Positions 1 through 11,905 of a DNA stretch of 64,000 nt are shown here, one piece after another. The notes under the pieces were generated by a model. The model saw only the letters and a list, made by a program, of their open reading frames with translations, did not search any database and had not been told where the DNA came from. Source of the stretch: Octopus vulgaris. Taxonomy: Eukaryota. The first letter of the stretch is position 1. Each line of letters begins with the position of its first letter. Location: assembly GCA_951406725.2 (NCBI GenBank), contig OX597817.1:108748001-108812000 (forward strand), written 5' to 3'. Both the position numbers and the translations under genes were made by a program.

Positions 1-146
1 AACGGACAGAGTCAAGACTATTGAAAAGGTTGCAAGACGCAACGAAAATTTTAGGAAAATGAAAATAAGAAATAAGCGGAAATTTTACCGGTGAGTGTGT
101 GACATTATAAGGCACATATACAAAATGACTATCCCCGGACACAACA

Positions 147-147
<1 letters not shown>

Positions 148-230
<83 letters not shown>
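148..230. repeat. (TA)n microsatellite, one of more than 30 similar tracts
   Basis: Pure TA dinucleotide run. Confidence 0.98.
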
Positions 231-241
<11 letters not shown>

Positions 242-340
242 CATATATAAATACATATATATATATGTATATTGTGCGCATGTACACACCCAAACACACA
301 TGCACGCACACACACATACATAGGCATACGCACGCATATA

Positions 341-460
341 AGCGTGGCCTAGGGGTTAGAGTTTTGCACTCGCAAACGTGAGATCATGATTTCCCGTGAG
401 ATGCTATGTTGTTCATGAGCAGAATACTTTATCTCACGTTGCTCTCCAGTCACTTCGTCG
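341..460 (+). mobile_element. Degenerate tRNA-derived SINE head, family D-like
   Basis: A-box-like gcgtggcctaggggttag, then gagcagaatactttatctcacgttgctc, similar to the copies at 46375 and 32152. Confidence 0.45.
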
Positions 461-624
461 TGCATCAAATTAGGCCATGTCGATATATTGGAAGGAGGGA
501 TCTAATGAACGACACAAATAGTTTATTACGATGAATAAATTATTTGTGTACGTTGTTCAGCAAGGCATTGCATAAAAGTCACTTCTTGTCTACGGCAAGA
601 GAATGCTCAATATATGTGTATATA

Positions 625-784
625 GGCGCAGGCGTGGCGGTATGGTAAGAAGCTTGATCCCCAACCACATGGTTCCGGGTTCAGTGCCCCGGCGCGTCAC
701 CTTGGGTAGGTGTGTTCTACTATAGTCTCGGGCTGACCAAAGCCTTGTGAGATTTGGTAGACGGAAACTGAAAGAAGCCTGTCG

Positions 785-832
<48 letters not shown>

Positions 833-974
833 AGTGTGTGTGTGTGTGTGTGTATTTATGTGTATATGTCTTTGTGTTCGCACTTGTCCCCCACCATCGC
901 TTGACAACCGGTGTTGATGTGTTTACGTTCCTGTAACTTAGCGGTTCGGCAAAAGAGTCCCATAGAATAAGTAC
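625..974 (+). mobile_element. tRNA-derived SINE family A with internal (TA)n(TG)n
   Basis: ggcgcaggcgtggcggtatggtaag...ggttcagt head; body matches many other copies in the window. Confidence 0.9.
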
Positions 975-1429
975 AAATTTATAAATAATAAGTAACAAAT
1001 TTATCGCGTGTGCAAGCACACACACACACACATACACGTGCTTGTGATCTCGTATCCGTATGTTTCGTCAGATCAAGCAGCTTATTCTGGAAAGTTCTCC
1101 ACAAGAGAGACCGGGCAAGTCTAATTTATTTTTTCAATTTTGTTTTTTGTTTTTTTTTTACCATAGTATACAGTTACCCCTTGTCTAATATCCATGTTAT
1201 CTAAGCGAAATTCTAAGTCTGTTCAGCTTCACATCAGTGTCACCGCAAGAGTTGAAGTAGGAACCGTAATATCTAACCATCCTTTGTTCTAAGAAAGAAT
1301 TTTGAATCATCACCGACATGGGCAGGGATTTGTTGACTCCAAAACGATTAAAGTTGATATTGACCTTGGCGGTAATTGAACTTGGAGTGAAGTAACCGGA
1401 AGAAATGCTGGAAAGTACACCGCCAAAAG

Positions 1430-1632
1430 CCGGTGAGCTGGTATGATCGTCCGAACGTCATGGTAAATGCTTAGCTGTATTTCGTCCCTCAACGTTGAGT
1501 TCAAATTTCGCCGAAGTCGGTTGTACCTTTCATCGTTTCGGGGTCGATAAAGTAAGTACTGATTGGTCACTGGGGTCCATGTAAGCGAATTAGCCCCTCA
1601 CCTTAAATTGCTGGCATTGTGCCAAAACTGAA
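1430..1632 (+). mobile_element. SINE family B (tRNA head plus Nin/Deu-like core); an oppositely oriented decayed fragment lies at about 1325-1415
   Basis: gagttcaaatttcgcc B-box and ctttcatcgtttcggggtcgataaa core. Confidence 0.8.
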
Positions 1633-1846
1633 ATCGTTATAACTATCTGAGGCCAATTAGCCACAGATCCAGCTCACGTTTGCGCACACACACAGAATCC
1701 TATACACACACCTAAAGATACATAAACACATTCACCCCATTTATACGTACATACAGACATATCTATATACACATATACGTATATATATGTACGTATATAT
1801 ATATATGTATATATGTATATATACATATGTCTATATGTATATATAC

Positions 1847-1924
<78 letters not shown>

Positions 1925-1980
1925 GTATATATGTACATATATACATGCATACATATATACATATGTATATATGTATATAT

Positions 1981-2302
1981 GTGTGGTAAGAAGCTTGCTT
2001 CCCAACCACATGGTTCCGAGTTCAGTCCCACTGCGTGGCACCTTGGGTTAGCCTTGTGAGTGGAATTGGTGGACGGAAACTGGAAGAAGCTCGTTGTGTG
2101 TGTTTGTGTGTGTGTTTGTCCGCCCGCCATCGCTTGACAACCGATGCTGGTGTGTTTATGTCCCGGTAACTTAGTGACCGATAGAATAAGCACTAGGCTT
2201 ACAAAGAATAAGTCCTGAGAACGATTTCTTCCACTAACAGCCTTTCGAGCGGTGATCCAGCATGGCCGCAGTCAAATGACTGAAACGAGTAAAAGAATAA
2301 AG
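1981..2302 (+). mobile_element. SINE family A
   Basis: gtgtggtaagaagcttgcttcccaaccacatgg...cagcatggccgcagtcaaatgactgaaac tail. Confidence 0.9.
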
Positions 2303-2376
2303 ACCGTGGGTAAACTCTCGGTTCGATAATGATACGAGTGAGGAGTCTAATGCGGGTCTTGTATGAGCATGTATAC

Positions 2377-3282
2377 GTTAAATAAAATGAGACAACAAAG
2401 CCAAGGCTGTGTGGGATTTTCAGGAAATTTATATAGAGAAAGTTAGTCTTACAGCTGCTTACAGGGATATTAAGGATACCCCTTCTTCAGAGACGATGTC
2501 AAATGGTTAACTAGAGGAAAATGGTTAAATATAGTTCAACATAAGGAGTTATTTTGGAAAAGGAAGCAAATAAGGACATGTATATGCGTACGTATGCGGA
2601 TGTATGTCCCACCTCACATATATTCATTACTTACATTCTTATTTCTTCCTACCCCACTCATAAAATCTTGACCACCAGCTAACACTCCTTTTTTCTCATT
2701 TTTCCCCTTCTTACACTTTTTCACATTTTCTCTTCTTATTTTCATTTTCTCTTCCCATTTCTTTCCTTCTTTTCTCACCTTTTCCTTTCACCTCTCTCTC
2801 TGCATTTTAACATACACATCTCTTCTCCCTTCTCTATCCACATAATACTAGCTCTATATTCTCAACTTTTCAATCACACCACAAGACTCTATCAATGAAC
2901 AGCATATGGAATCCACATCTCCACACTTTCCATTTGTGATGACATAATATGAACCCCTAATGGAAATTAGGTACCACGGACAAGAAACAATTCTACCTCT
3001 TCTACACACCGCTTTCCTTGGATAATGGAACTGCAGCTAATAACATCTTTATATATTTTTATTTTTATTTCTACATTCATTCACCTATTTCCCTATACAC
3101 TCCTTATAAGCTTCCTTTTCCAAAATAACTCCTTATATTGAAGTCTAATATGTCCCTCTATTTAACCATTTCACATCGTCTCTGATATCCCTAATATCCC
3201 AGAAACAGCTGTATGACTAATTTTTTATAAACGTCCTAAAATCCCCACACAGACTTGGCTTTGATGTCTCATTTTCTTTAAC
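2377..3282. mobile_element. Non-autonomous Penelope-like remnant with about 190-bp inverted terminal duplication
   Basis: 2377-2576 is the reverse complement of 3101-3282; each arm carries a hammerhead motif. Confidence 0.7.
2446..2494 (-). ncRNA. Minimal hammerhead ribozyme motif, degenerate (GAAA mutated)
   Basis: Minus strand: gtct CTGAAGA aggggtat..atatccct GTAA gcagctg TA agac; the partner at 3178-3217 (+) keeps GAAAcagctgTA. Confidence 0.6.
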
Positions 3283-3331
3283 ACACACACACATGCATAT
3301 ACATGTACATTACATATATACATATAAAAAT

Positions 3332-3560
3332 GCGGCGAGCTGGCAGAAACGTTAGCACGCCGGGCGAAATGCATAGCCGTATTTCGTCTGCCGTTACGTT
3401 CTGAGTTCAAATTCCGCCGAGGTCGACTTTGCCTTTCATCCTTTCTGGGTCGATAAATAAAATACCAGTTTCGCACTGGGGTCTATGTAATCAACTTAAT
3501 CCCTTTGTCTGTCCTTGTTTGTCCCCTCTATGTTTAGCCCCTTGTGGGTAGTAAAGAAAT
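3332..3560 (+). mobile_element. Full-length SINE family B
   Basis: gcggcgagctggcagaaacgttagc head, Nin-like core, tail ...gtgggtagtaaagaaata. Confidence 0.92.
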
Positions 3561-3689
3561 ATATATATATATATATACATATATGTGTGTATAAATACAT
3601 AAGTGTACGTAATGCATGCTTACATATATTCATATATGTACATACTTGCATATCCATACATACATACATAGACACACACACAGAGATAT

Positions 3690-3915
3690 CTGGCCGAAAT
3701 CAGATCGCCATGTTGATTCGTTAGTTACTGCACGCATTTTTTTTCTCTCCTTCTTTCTGTGTTTTTTTTCTCTCTGTGTATCTTTCTATTGAAGAGCGTA
3801 GGCTCGAAACGTTAAAGACTTGTTTTATTTATATTTCCTGAGCGCCATACTAATACAATTGTTTGTTTGTTTTCCACCTGCCTTCGTCTTTTGCCTATTT
3901 TCATAAAGCTTCCCG

Positions 3916-3917
<2 letters not shown>
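3690..3917 (+). mobile_element. Short PLE-like repeat family with hammerhead-like motif (3781-3818), ending in (TA)n
   Basis: tcttt CTATTGA agagcgtaggctc GAAA cg TT aaaga; homologous copies at 16706, 49465 and 55085. Confidence 0.7.
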
Positions 3918-3968
<51 letters not shown>

Positions 3969-4165
3969 TATACATATATATATAATACATATATATAAAT
4001 GTATATGTTTTTTCAATGTGTACATATAACATGGAAAAAATATATAAATAGTTACCAGGATAGCAAAAATTCACATAAGTGTCAAGGATATTATAAAGGG
4101 AGAAATTCCAGGGTGAGTGAAATATATTTTTATAACTTAGATAAATTGAGAAATGGAGTCAAACG

Positions 4166-4462
4166 CAGGTGTTATTCAAATCATTTATACTTCCAACATA
4201 TGTTTCGAAGAAAGCCTTGATATTATTCCGGAGGGAATAAAAATCATGTAAAACAATACAATCATCTCGTCATGGAAAAAAGAGAAACAAAACACAACAA
4301 TAAGCCATTTCAGTTAAAATGGCTTATTGATGCGTTTTGTTTCTCTTTTTTCCCCTGACGAGATGATTGCATTGTTTTACATTATTTTTATTCCCTCTGG
4401 AATAATATCAATACTTTCTTCGAAACATATGTTGGAAGTATAAATGATTTCAATAACACCTG
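4166..4462. repeat. About 297-bp near-perfect hairpin (PLE-type inverted duplication)
   Basis: Arms 4166-4310 and 4317-4462, loop cagtta. Confidence 0.95.
4350..4437 (+). ncRNA. Hammerhead ribozyme motif with long stem II insert
   Basis: ttccc CTGACGA g...c GAAA catatg TT ggaa; palindromic stem III; mirror copy on the minus strand at about 4191-4277. Confidence 0.65.
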
Positions 4463-4488
4463 TTTTGGGGTCTATTTCTTAATTTTTT

Positions 4489-4549
<61 letters not shown>

Positions 4550-4554
4550 GCGCG

Positions 4555-4585
<31 letters not shown>

Positions 4586-4588
4586 ATG

Positions 4589-4629
<41 letters not shown>

Positions 4630-5465
4630 TAATACATATACACACCTGTGTACCTACATTTATGTGTTCATTCAATAGAGCGAACATTTGCGAACATTTC
4701 AGTACCGCGTTATTCGGTCAAATTATTTTGTCGCGTAGCTAAATCATTTCGGGCAACTGCGTCACGAAGCCTCTCACCAAATAGTTTCAGCTTCACTCAT
4801 AATAATCCTACTTAATGATGGTGGTTCTAAAATCGGACAGATTCCATCTTCAATGAAACTATTGACTGGAATAGATTTAATTATGCAAGAACACTACACG
4901 TTCTGGGATATTTCACTGGAGCTATTTATGTTTCAGCAAATTTTCTTATTTGTTACACAGGAAATCTGATGACTCACCTATGAATAGAGATGTAGGAAAC
5001 AACTTTGTATTAGAATAATGGCTTTTATTCGTAGAAGAGGAAAGGAATTCCCTTTAAACAGCGTATCAACACACCCAAACGCACACATAAACACACTCTT
5101 ACACATACGTAAGTAAAACTACATCTGTCCATTTTTTCTCACTATCTCTGTCTTTCTGCCAGGTCTGTCTCTCTTTCTCAGTCTCTTTGTATGTGTGTGT
5201 GTGTGTATGTGTGTGTGTGTGTGTGTATGTGTGTGTGTGTGTGTGTGTAAGAAAGAGAGAGAGTGAGTATTATGTGTATGTGTGTGCATGTGCTTGTTTG
5301 TTTTGCTAACTCATGCATACATATACGCATCTATATGTTTGGATGTACAAAACTAAAGAAACATCTAGTCATCCCATGTAGTCGATATTGCTCATCCTTT
5401 CATGGGAAATAGAATTATCGTCACTGGTTTGTAAATTCGTGCTGTTATTACAAATTCTTCAATAT

Positions 5466-5670
5466 GGCCAGCTGGCAGAATATTTTAGCACGCCCGACAA
5501 AATACTCAGCGGTATTTCGTCCGTCATTACGTTATGAGTTCAAACCCGCCAAGGTCGACTTTGCATTTCATCCTTCGGGGTCGATAAAATAAGTACCAGT
5601 CGAGTACTGGATTCGATGTTATCGACTTATCCCTCCCTCAAAATTGTTGGTCTTGTGCCAAAATTTGAAT
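5466..5670 (+). mobile_element. SINE family B with the alternative tail type
   Basis: ggccagctggcagaa head, core ttcatccttcggggtcgataaaataagtaccag, tail ttgtgccaaaatttgaa. Confidence 0.85.
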
Positions 5671-6421
5671 TCATTAGTACAAGTACTTCAAGGCGGCAAG
5701 AGAAATTTTCGAATTCTAAATGTTCTCAGTATTCGTTGAATTGTTTGTCTAAAATGGTTGCTGGTAAAATATCGCAGCTTGACAAAATAATTTCTATAAT
5801 TATTTGTTAGTAATGCTTAGTCCTAGATAAGTCCGATTATGTAAAATTATAATCAAAACCATTTCCTCTGTGACCATCAGGTATTTTCTCAGGTAATGGG
5901 TAATCTCTACCTAAATTTTCCGATTTATTTTGCTTGATATATAGCGTGGTAAGTTTTGTGGGGTACTTGATTTTCATTTTTAGCAACTTAATCGAGTGGA
6001 TAAATGTATCTTCGTCTATATATCAAGGTTGTATTAATAAAAGCTTCCAGTTATTTTTCAGTCCAAAGTGAGCCCTCATCTGACAGAGCAATGATCAATG
6101 GCATTTTATGAAGTCTGTCTTATTCGAAGACAATGCATTTTAGATTATACTCTCCAAGTGCCTTTTCAGTTGTAGCGTGAATTGTGGAAAATTTGGTCAT
6201 TATTTCTCGCAGATCAAGCTACCACATAGATATAGCGGTGGTAATATGCCCTCTGTAATCAGAAAGATTTTTCTTTCCGGGAAAATATTTGTTTTCTCGT
6301 GGTTTCCCCTTGGCATTCACTCTCGTCAGCTTTTGAACATATCAAAAATCTACATGAAAATATTGTTCTCCTCAGTCTCGTCAACAATGCACTTTTGCTT
6401 GTCGTTAAAATAAAAAAAAAA

Positions 6422-6683
6422 TGCAGCGTGGAAGGTGTTTATAAGCCATTTAAGAAACACACTAAAAACCGTTAGATTCCGTGCTGCACGGAATTTTGTC
6501 TGTGAACAGGTCGCGGTCTCAAAGCGACAAAAATATTTTGACAAATTAAATTTAAATGTTGAAGTGAATCTAACGGCTTTGTGTGTTTCTTAAATGGCTT
6601 ATAAACACCTTCCACGCTACAATTGTTTTCGTTCCAGCACACGATGTCAGATCAGGTCACTTGCTATGCAAGTATATCCCCGT
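6422..6683. mobile_element. PLE-like short element with inverted partial duplication and a G3-C8 hammerhead (6495-6545, G12 mutated)
   Basis: 6422-6479 is inverted against 6566-6621; same family as 47731-47960. Confidence 0.75.
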
Positions 6684-6789
6684 CATTAAAATAAATCTTT
6701 GTAGCTAAATAAATTACAGAACGGCTTCAACGGACTTTTATCAGCCCATATATGGCCATGTTCTCCTGTATTTTTCTGACCATATTGGT

Positions 6790-6943
6790 GTATGTATGTA
6801 TGTATGTATGTATGTATGTATGTATGTATGTATGTATGTATGTATGTATGTATGTGTGTGTGTGTGTGTGTCTGTGTGTGTGTGTGTCTGTGTGTATGTA
6901 TGTATGGATGAATGGATGGATGGATGGATGGATGGATGGATGG
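6790..6943. repeat. Compound (TATG)n(TG)n(TGGA)n microsatellite
   Basis: Direct reading. Confidence 0.95.
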
Positions 6944-7224
6944 AAGGGTTAATGGGTGTCTGTTGAATAATGCGATTCTGCTTTAATACAAACTATCAAC
7001 AATGCTTCTCTGTGAAATAAATAAAACATTAGCTTTCTCTTGTTCCTCGCAACAAACAAAATTATTTAACATTATGAACATTTTGTACCCACCAGTGTAT
7101 GCCTATCATGACAATAACATTAAACCATAGAGCTTTGATGCTAAGTAGACGTGATAACTATACCTATTTCAACTGAATTACAACGTAATTCTTTGAACTA
7201 AGATTTAGCAGCAAAATCTAAGTG

Positions 7225-7412
7225 CACAAGGCCAGCAATTTCGGGGTAAATTGTAAGTCGGTTACATTGATCTCGGCATTCAACTGTTGTTTGTTTTATC
7301 GCTTCCGAAAGGGACGAAAGTCGACCGCAGTGTAGTTTAAACACGGAGCGTAAAGGCGGACGAAATGCCGCTAAGCAATTTGCTGGACGTGCTAACGACT
7401 CTGCCAGCTCGA
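7225..7412 (-). mobile_element. Decayed SINE family B
   Basis: gacgaaatgccgctaagc...gctaacgactctgccagctcg is the reverse complement of the family head. Confidence 0.75.
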
Positions 7413-8154
7413 TGCTTCATCTAAGTCCTTTAATATTAGTAAGTTACACTTATTATCTAACCTGATCTGTTTCATACCTCTGTATAGCAATAACTGAAAC
7501 CAAACAAATCATATTAGATATTATAATGGCCAACTTGAGATGATGATCAGCTTTCATGCATCTCGCGTTAGATACTAAAATGTATTTTTCTGCTACTCTT
7601 CCCAAGGAAAAATTAGAATACATGTATCACAGTAAGCTATTTTCTTACAACTGTCTTCAGTAAGTGTAGCAAATTTAAATTTTGCTCTGTAAACATGTAA
7701 AATGCTATAAAATAAAAATAATTTCTGGAGACGTATTCGTAACTTAGTAACATTTATATAAATCTAATATACGTCCATTACATCGCCTTAAAATAGTTGT
7801 ATATGCATAAGAAACAATTATGGAAATTTTAGATCTTTAGGACGTGACATATATTGAAAGTAATCGTAACACAGCAACAACTCGTTTATATTCAATATTG
7901 GCCGCTAATTAAACAGGATTAGCTTTGCTTTCTCCACTCCCTTTGAAGCTACAGGCAAGTTTGACAAACGAAAGACTCAGGACAGCAAGTCATGTAAACA
8001 CGAAATATCAATTCAATTTGACACAATAACAAACGTTACTACTGCAGCTAGCTGAAATGGTTGACCCGTCTTGAATTCATTGTTGTTATAATCTTCAACA
8101 TGTATTCCAGCTTTGTTCTATATCAGCTTTGTTCTATATATTATGAAAAACGGC

Positions 8155-8555
8155 GGATCTTTTCGGTTTGAACGGCAGTTTTTAACATAATTTCTAGGTA
8201 ACTAAAAAATGTTAAACTTCGTATACTGGTAGAATGTGTTTATAAAACATCTTTTTCTCTTGGCTTTATTGAGAAAATTCTATAGTTTTTAAGATATTTG
8301 TTGTTTTTTTCTGTAATTTCAACCAATCACTGACACTATTGAGGTAAAAAAACATTCTGTGCCGTATGAATATGTCCCTCGTTTAAGAAACAGATTGGGT
8401 TTATTTACATTTGTGAAGAAAAAAAGATACCCTTCCCCCTAATCCTAACCCTAAAATAGATTGAAATGCAATAGATCGATACTTGGGTCATAATTATGGG
8501 TGACAATTTCATATGACACCGCTAGAAAAAACCACCGTTCAAACCGAAAAGATCC
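8155..8555. mobile_element. MITE with 21-bp perfect TIRs and an 8-bp TSD (Merlin-like)
   Basis: ggatcttttcggtttgaacgg / ccgttcaaaccgaaaagatcc; flanks aaaacggc and aaaacgac; GG termini. Confidence 0.85.
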
Positions 8556-8636
8556 AAAACGACATTGAGGAAAGTAATACCTGGGTAGTTCCAACAATCT
8601 GACACAAATTTAAATGTCAATATTTAGAAATGCAAA

Positions 8637-8820
8637 GGCGGCATACTAGCAGAATCGTTAGCAAGCCGAGCAAAATCTTTAGCGGCATTTCGTCCGTTTT
8701 TACATTCTCAGTCCAAATTCCACCGAGGTGGATAAAATAAGTATCAGTTTGATGGTGGGATCGATGCATTAGACTTTATTCCCTTACCCCTAAATTGCTG
8801 GCCTTGTGCCAAAATTGGAA
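8637..8820 (+). mobile_element. Decayed SINE family B
   Basis: ggcggcatactagcagaatcgttagc head; tail attgctggccttgtgccaaaa. Confidence 0.8.
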
Positions 8821-8854
8821 ATCTAAATTCTGTAAAAAGACTAACAATTTTTTA

Positions 8855-9715
8855 GGGTAGATGTTAATCGATTACATTGTCCTCAGTACTTGATTAGTGT
8901 TTTATTTTATTGAGGCCCGGATTGGTAACAGGCAAAGTCGACTTCGATGGATTTCGAACTCAGAAAATTAAAACACTAAATTAAATTACAAGGGTACACT
9001 CCACCCACACAAACTGCTAATGCTCTCCCAATGGTGTCACGTTCCACAGTCATGATAAAGAATTCTAACTGGAGAAATAACCAAGTTTTCGGTGGTGGTA
9101 TGTGCTTTTAACTCAATTTAATGGATAGCAATACTTTTATGGACTCTGGAAGGACAACATGTAAATCTGTTCTTAGCATGATTTGAACTCAAAACATGAA
9201 ATGAATTGACTAAATAGCGCAGGGCTTTAAATCAACACATTAAAGGGAAGAGGCTTTGTCTCGTAAATTGACTCTGGAACTTGATTGTTACATGATTTTA
9301 TCGAGTTCCACGGGTGGGTTAACAATCAAATTCGACTTCGGTGTATTTTGAACGCAGAACATAAAAATAACTAACCAGATATTACCACATAGTCTTTCTT
9401 CCCTTCCGATTCTCTGCTACAGTCCCGCTCTCAACTTTAGTAATAAAGAAATCTAACTGGAAAAGTATCCAAGTTTTGGTGGTGTTCTATTGCTATGTAA
9501 ATTCAATCGATTGCGATGCTTTTATGGATCCCAGAGGACAAGAAAGCAGATTTGATCTTAGAGCTATTTGAACTCAAATTAAAATGAAGTGATTAAATAC
9601 CGCATTTGAAGGAGACGTTATATCTTTTACGTGAACGCCAGTACATGACTGGTATAATACTTTAAGGAACTCGGAAGAATGAAAGGCAGTTATGAAACTG
9701 GTAAAATTTGAAGTC
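8855..9715 (-). repeat. Old tandem array of family-B-like cores, including a duplication of about 390 bp
   Basis: tctaactgga..ccaagtttt.ggtggtg at 9064 and 9452; recurring ttgaactc B-box reverse complements. Confidence 0.6.
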
Positions 9716-9831
9716 AAGCCTGAGAGAGACGGGCTTCTGATAGAGGACAGCGAAACTTAAAGTCACATGGACCGAATAAAACTGTTTTAAATAATACTGT
9801 CAGAAATCCCAATAGATATGAATGTGTATAT

Positions 9832-9873
<42 letters not shown>

Positions 9874-9978
9874 ATATATACGGGTATACCTATATACATA
9901 TGTATATTTATATCCATCTATCTACATACATACATGTATACATACATACATACATACATGCATACATACATACATATG

Positions 9979-10022
<44 letters not shown>

Positions 10023-10090
10023 AAGGCATTTTTTGATATGCTTGCCATTGATAAAAAATTTTTTCGAAAAAAAATGTTATCCTACATTAG

Positions 10091-10136
<46 letters not shown>

Positions 10137-11149
10137 CAAAATTAAGATTATCTTTCTCACTAAATAATGAGATTACATTCCTCTGCTATGGCTTCGAAAA
10201 TTTCATTTTATTTTTCTTGCTCCTTAGCACTAAGTGAGGTCTGATCGAGCACACTTGTGAGTAAAATTATTTACCCGTGACAACTTTTGTATTCAAGAAT
10301 AACGTACTTATTCAACATTATTCAATGTAACCATTTATTTTTCCGATAGGTTGTAAATTCAGAATCTTTTGACTTATTTCTGGGAGGCAGATCGAGTGAT
10401 GACGTACACACTCCAAAGCTGGGTTGCGTTTAATTACATTGTGAAAACTGCCATTAATGACTATAAAATCTTTCCGTTATTCTGAATATTTGGTTCTATC
10501 TTGGCAAGATAACTGCTCTAATTTGCCAAAATTATGATATATAAACGAATATTTAATCATCAATCCGCTCTTATGCACTCTTGAGATTCGGAAATGGTAG
10601 GTGATTATTCAACCAGCGATCAATTGCCTAAAATTCGTTCATTCCACTATAATATGGTCAAAATCATGTATCTGCCATCAAGGTTCTTATTGTAACGTCT
10701 ATTATTATACAACCGCTATCACACTAGATACTACGTTGTGATGTATATTTTCAGAAGTTCAAACGGCTGCAACGTTGTAATACCTATTGTCAGATATTCA
10801 TCGATATTCATCTCCGCTCAAACGTGGATGTTCTGTTATAACAAACTATACTGCGGCAGTTATCATGAGAAAAACTCACTTATTGGTGCGAAATGCACTC
10901 TTGCTTATATCACTAACGGGAAAACAAGTCCTCGCTAGCTAAATAAGCAAGGATGCACAAAAACTCAAAATGATAGTTTCTTTCATGCTAACCACCGCAG
11001 TATAGCTTAAGCGGGGATAAATATTACCTCTCGGTAATAAATATTTTTTAACACGATCGCATAAATACTATGTTGTGATATCAGTTTTCGGGTATTACAG
11101 TGGTTGTGAGCCTTTTCTTAGATATCTCAGAAGATGCCCTGTTTATTTT

Positions 11150-11330
11150 TTTTTATGCGCCCTTGCGGCCTTTTCAAGCCTAGCCAGGCTCATGGGCCCG
11201 GTTTCCCGGTTTCTGTGGCATATGTGTTCCCCCGAGCTGCACGGGACGCCTGTCCATATCGCAGCGTTACTCAAGAAACAGATGAAAGAGTGAGAGAAAG
11301 TTGGGGTGAAAGAGTACAACAGGGGTCGCC
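11150..11330 (-). mobile_element. 5'-truncated SINE family C (tail type 2), abutting a family B tail (11320-11420, +)
   Basis: Matches 58860-59020. Confidence 0.85.
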
Positions 11331-11905
11331 AATAAAATAAATAGTAACCGAACACTGGAGTCGATGTAACCGACTTAACCCCTCACCTGGAATTGCTGGC
11401 CTTGTGTCAAAATTTAAAATCCATATATTTAGCTGAATTGAATTTGTTTTATATTGTATGAAATATCCAGGATTTTTCTCTAGGTGATTACCTTGATATT
11501 GTTTCTGTAATTTTACTATACCATTATGACAATACCTGTCCTAAGGCACTAAAGTTTTTTTTTTTTAAACCTCCCTTGGATAAAATGCTTTTAATTAGTT
11601 TAGCTTATTTTCTACTACTGTATTCATGCATTGTATATTGTATTTGTGCATAACGTATTGTGCAATTAAAGTTCTAGTAATTAATCAATTATACATTTGA
11701 CCCCTGCATAAAAAAGAGAAGTATTGAGGGTGTAATATCTGATAGAAATCTCTTCATTGTCAATAAATCATACCATAGATATTACGGCTCAAATCTTTGT
11801 TCCATTATTTATCAAATTGTAAGACACTAATTTACTAAATCAACGCAGTAATCTTAAGTAAGCAGCAAGAAGTTCAACAAAGAATAATGAAGGAAATAAC
11901 TGGAT

